From assembly GCA_038087875.1 (NCBI GenBank), contig CM075981.1, positions 992,001-1,056,000 on the forward strand: DNA of 64,000 bases. Reading direction: 5' to 3'. The stretch comes from Malacoraja senta. Taxonomy: Eukaryota. Shown piece after piece: positions 60,201 through 64,000 of the stretch. The position numbers and the translations under genes are program-made. Below the pieces are notes generated by a model. That model was not told where the DNA came from, did no database searches, and was given only the letters and a program-made list of their open reading frames with translations. Positions within the stretch are counted from its first letter, which is position 1. Each line of letters begins with the position of its first letter.

Positions 60201-60897
60201 ATTGTTGCTGGGGATGAGGTGATAACGAAGGAATAAAAAATGGTGAAATTAGCAAGAAGACTAGGGTGGGGGACGGACGGAGAGAGAGGGAATGCAAGGG
60301 TTCCTTGCAGTTAGAGAAATCAATAATCATGTCGCTGGTTGACACTAATTCTGGAGTAAATCAGCGGGACAGGCAGCATCTCTGGAGAGAAGGAATGGGT
60401 GGCGTTTCGGGTCGAGACCCTTCTTCAGACTGATGTCAGGGGAGTGGGCAGGACAGAGATAGAATGTAGTCAGAGACAGTAAGACTGGTGGGAGAACTTG
60501 GAAGGAGGAGGTGATGAAGACAAAGGTAAAGCAAGGGCTATTTGAAGTACACATTGGATACATTGTGATGATTTGTGTAGTACCATGTTACAGAGCGAGG
60601 GTGTTTACGAGACTATATTCCAATACTGGTCATATTATTATGTGCTGAACATTTTGCATCTTTACGTGTCTACACATTTTAACGATCTGAATGAATGAAT
60701 AAGTCTATTGGCCAAGTATTCACATACAAGGAATTTGCCTTGGTGCTCCGCCAGCAAGTGACAACATGGACATAGTGACAGTTAGGAATGATACATAAAA
60801 CATTAAACATTAATAACACTTCATCTCGGCAATGGAAACAGCATAACGCGCAAACTAATACTAATTATCAGAATGTCCAATTCTGAATGTTACTCAC

Positions 60898-60955
60898 CGG
60901 GCAAGAAACAAATGAGAAGAATTGGCACCAACATCGTTTTAGATGCAGACCCCAT
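60898..60955 (-). CDS. Inverted copy of leader exon L1 (MGSASKTMLVPILLICFLP)
   Basis: Mirror of 40299-40356 with intact donor and promoter motifs. Its downstream exons would lie in or beyond the gap. Confidence 0.75.
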
Positions 60956-63900
60956 GCTGGGCCGTTTATCGTTCAGCTCTTAGTCCAGAGAACTAAATGC
61001 CCATCGAAAAGAAATGTTACAATATAAATGATGAAGAAAGCAACAGGAAACCTGATTGTGAAACAAGAGTGAGCCAATTGATGACAAACAGCTAGAAGTT
61101 CTCCCTGGGAATAAATAATTGCATGAATCTATAGTGAATTTTCATCATATGATAGAATGCAGTTACCCTATGACTCCATGCTCCTCCCATGACTCATGAA
61201 CGTACGAGGTCCAGATAACTGGACAACGTCAGAAGGGATTGTGCCAACACCTGTGGAATCATCTCTTTCTGTAGTTGAGAGAGGACCACCATGTCTATGC
61301 TGCATGTTGGCTACAGAGGTCTTCAGGACAGGTAGCACAGACCCACTCCCATCTCTGTGATCACCCTTGGACAAGGAATGGCTCATTGGCGGGCAACTTG
61401 TGGTGGGCAAGACATGCCGATGTGGGCGGGATTTGTTCTGAACTGTGATGGGTGTGATCCTGGCCTGGACTTTGATCTCAAGGCGAGTCTCATCTCATGT
61501 CTGGAGCTTGTTAATGGTGGGCGATTTAGTTTTGTTTAGCGATACAGCATGTTAACAGTCGCTTTGGGCCAACCAATTCTACACCTTTGTAGTTCAATGT
61601 GATCCCATTTTCACATTCTACACACTGGGGGAAATTTACAGATGCTAATGAACCTACAAACCTGTACATATTTGGGATGTAGGAGGAAACCAGAGCACCT
61701 GGAGAGAACCCGACTGTTGCAGGGAGAACATGCAAACTTCACACTGGCAGCGCATGATGTCAGGATCAAATCCAGGTCTCTGGCGCTGTGAGATGGCAGC
61801 TCTACCGCTGCACCACTGTTCCTGAGGGGTTTTGCTTCATTCCAAGTTTGATTCTCGCAACCAGCTAAGTAACCCAGTATAAACCTGACCCACAATTGCC
61901 AAAAGTTAGACTTCCCCAGCAAGCCTTACTGGTTGGAAGGGGGATTGGTTTTCAGACTAAACCTCAACAACATTGTAAGTTTTTAAAAATGTCTTGTTCA
62001 TTTCACAAAACCTTTGGCCAGGATGTCATTCACAGTCCAGTTGGCAAGTTTAGTTTAGTTTAGTTTATCGTCACGTGTACCAAGGTACAGTGAGAAGCTT
62101 TTTGTTGCATGCTCTCCAATCAACAGAAAGACTATGCATGATTACTGTTTAAGAAAGAACTCCAGATGCTGGAAAAATCGAAGGTAGACAAAAATGCTGG
62201 AGAAACTCAGCGGGTGAGGCAACATCTATGGAGTGAAGGAATAGGCGACGTTTTGGGTCGAGACCCTGGGTCGGGACCCGAAACGTCACCTATTCATTCG
62301 CTCCATAGATGCTCCCTCACCTGCTGAGTTTCACCACCGCTTTTGCCTACCTATGCATGATTACTAACAGCCATCCACAGTGTACAGATACAGGATAAAG
62401 TGAATAACATTTAATGCAAGATAAAGTCCAGTGAAGACCGGGTAAAGATAGTCTGACTGTCTACATTGAGGTAGATGGGAGGTTAGAACCTCTATCAGTT
62501 TCCTGATAACTGCTGGGAAGAAACTGACCCTGAATCTGGAGATATGCGTTTTTACATGTCTGTACCTCTTGGCTGATGGGAGAGGGGAGAAGAGGGAGTG
62601 TCCAGGGTGTGACTCATCCCTGATTATGCTGGAGGCGTTGCCAAGGCAACGTGTAGTGTAGATGGAGTCAATGGAAGGGAGATTGGTATACAATCAGACA
62701 CTGTGTTAATAAAGGACAAAGAAAATAATGAATTCATTATATCTCACTTTAATCTATTTCAAGGCAGATTGCTGCCCTTAAAGTCAGCCTGTGTGGCGAT
62801 AAGAATTACTAACCACTTGAAAGCATCGCTTGGAGTTGTGTCTTGGCCCTGGTACAGTAGATGTACGATTGGACAAGCAATCAGTAAAGAACTAATAGCG
62901 GTCATCAAATGATTGTGTCTGAGTTCAATACTCATTAGGTTCGGCACGTTCAATTAGTAAGGATCTCTGGGAGGAAACGTGTTTTGAACGCCTTCAATAT
63001 ATTTTCTCAGAAAGAAAAACAGAGAAGTGAGACACTCCGCATGGGAAATACAAAATAGATTATTTCAGCATCTCACTTCCGTTAATTTTTTCAAGGAAAA
63101 GTTTATATGATCTTAGCAAGCAATTGGGACAGGGTCATGTGCATTTATGAGAGTGAGATCATGTCGGACAATGTAGCTGAGAGATTTATGGATCCTGGGT
63201 CTCTGGCGATGTGAGGCAGCAGCTCTACCAGCTGCGCCACTGTGCCACAGGATGATGGAGAAAAAGCTGTCAACTTGTAGGCTATGGGGGCTTCTTCTCT
63301 GTATTGCTGTTAACAAAACAGAGCACCTAATCTAACTTCCTTTATTGTTCGAAACAACATTCAACTAAGATAACAGCACTGTGCCAACAATCATACCATG
63401 CAGTGCTCATAGTTTGAACACAACATAAAGCAAGAGTATAGTCTGAAGAAGGGTCTCGACCAGAAATGTCACCTATCCTTTATCTCCAGAAATACTGCCT
63501 GACCTGCAAAGTTACTCCAACACTTTGTGTCCATCTTCAGTAGATCATTTGGCCCTTTGTATCTACTCCGCCACTCAATGCATCATGGCTGACACAGCAC
63601 CACTTTGGGAACTGATTCCATATCCCTTGTTTCCTATAATTTCTAATAAAAATATAGATTTTTATTGTGATTGAGCCTCGATGGCCTCCTGGTGAGAACT
63701 TCAAGGATTCACCATGTTCTTTGTAAAAAGAGGCTTCTTGTCCCATTCTTGAATGACTGACCTCATATTTTGGGTCAAATGCACCTTATAAACAGGAGAA
63801 GCTTCATCCCTGCAGCTACCCTGTCAAACCCTGTTAATATATTGAGCCCATTAGGCCCATCGATTCCTTACCAGCTTTGGGAGATTACCCATTCATCTGT

Positions 63901-64000
63901 CCCCATCCTACATCCCTTCACCTATTGTCTTGCATGTTACAGTTGCCAGTTATCCTACCACCTAGCATGCTCTGGGATGTGGGAGGACACTGGAGAATCC

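Larger units (their letters stand above)
56568..64000 (-). repeat. Right arm of the inverted duplication (copy of 37254-44685), continuing past the window end
   Basis: 56568 pairs with 44685 and 64000 pairs with 37254. Confidence 0.97.

Noticed and set aside
309-64000. The many 60-140 aa ORFs in the track (for example 20401-20814, 23709-24083, 39332-39643 and 51258-51587)
   Set aside because: They are chance readings of SINE, pLTR and antisense LINE sequence. The same peptides recur wherever the repeats occur.

Overview
Vertebrate genomic DNA from a cartilaginous fish, probably a skate or ray. This is inferred from HE1-type tRNA-derived V-SINEs and from genes resembling the skate MDIR family. 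The window covers part of a tandem cluster of CD300/pIgR/TREM-like (MDIR-like) Ig-superfamily immune receptor genes in a very repeat-rich background (CR1, L1, Tx1, Rex1-like, Penelope, SINEs, a MITE). Gene A: only the 3' end is present, with two paralogous 47-nt cytoplasmic exons and an ITIM tail exon ending at 16260. Gene B: complete and intact, six exons at 21102-34051 (leader, V-Ig, Ser/Thr stalk, uncharged TM, two cytoplasmic exons, four Tyr motifs). Gene C: two candidate leader exons (40299, 44010), a dead partial V exon, an intact V exon (54038-54358) and a Cys-rich C2-type Ig exon (55537-55839), then a 200-N gap. After the gap lies an inverted copy, about 99% identical, of 37254-44685; it is either a recent duplication or a misplaced haplotig. 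Main observations: (1) the B and C V exons differ at 36 of 107 residues, with only 2 purely synonymous codon differences; (2) the paralogs have modular architectures and differ in signalling motifs; (3) there are more than 20 short Penelope pseudo-LTR units carrying a minimal hammerhead-ribozyme core, several of them palindromic and flanked by their own 14-16 bp target-site duplications; (4) a near-intact Penelope element with an 11-bp TSD sits 50 nt upstream of the gene B V exon; (5) a fold-back MITE is nested in a SINE. All alignments and counts were done by eye, and repeat boundaries are approximate unless a TSD is given.
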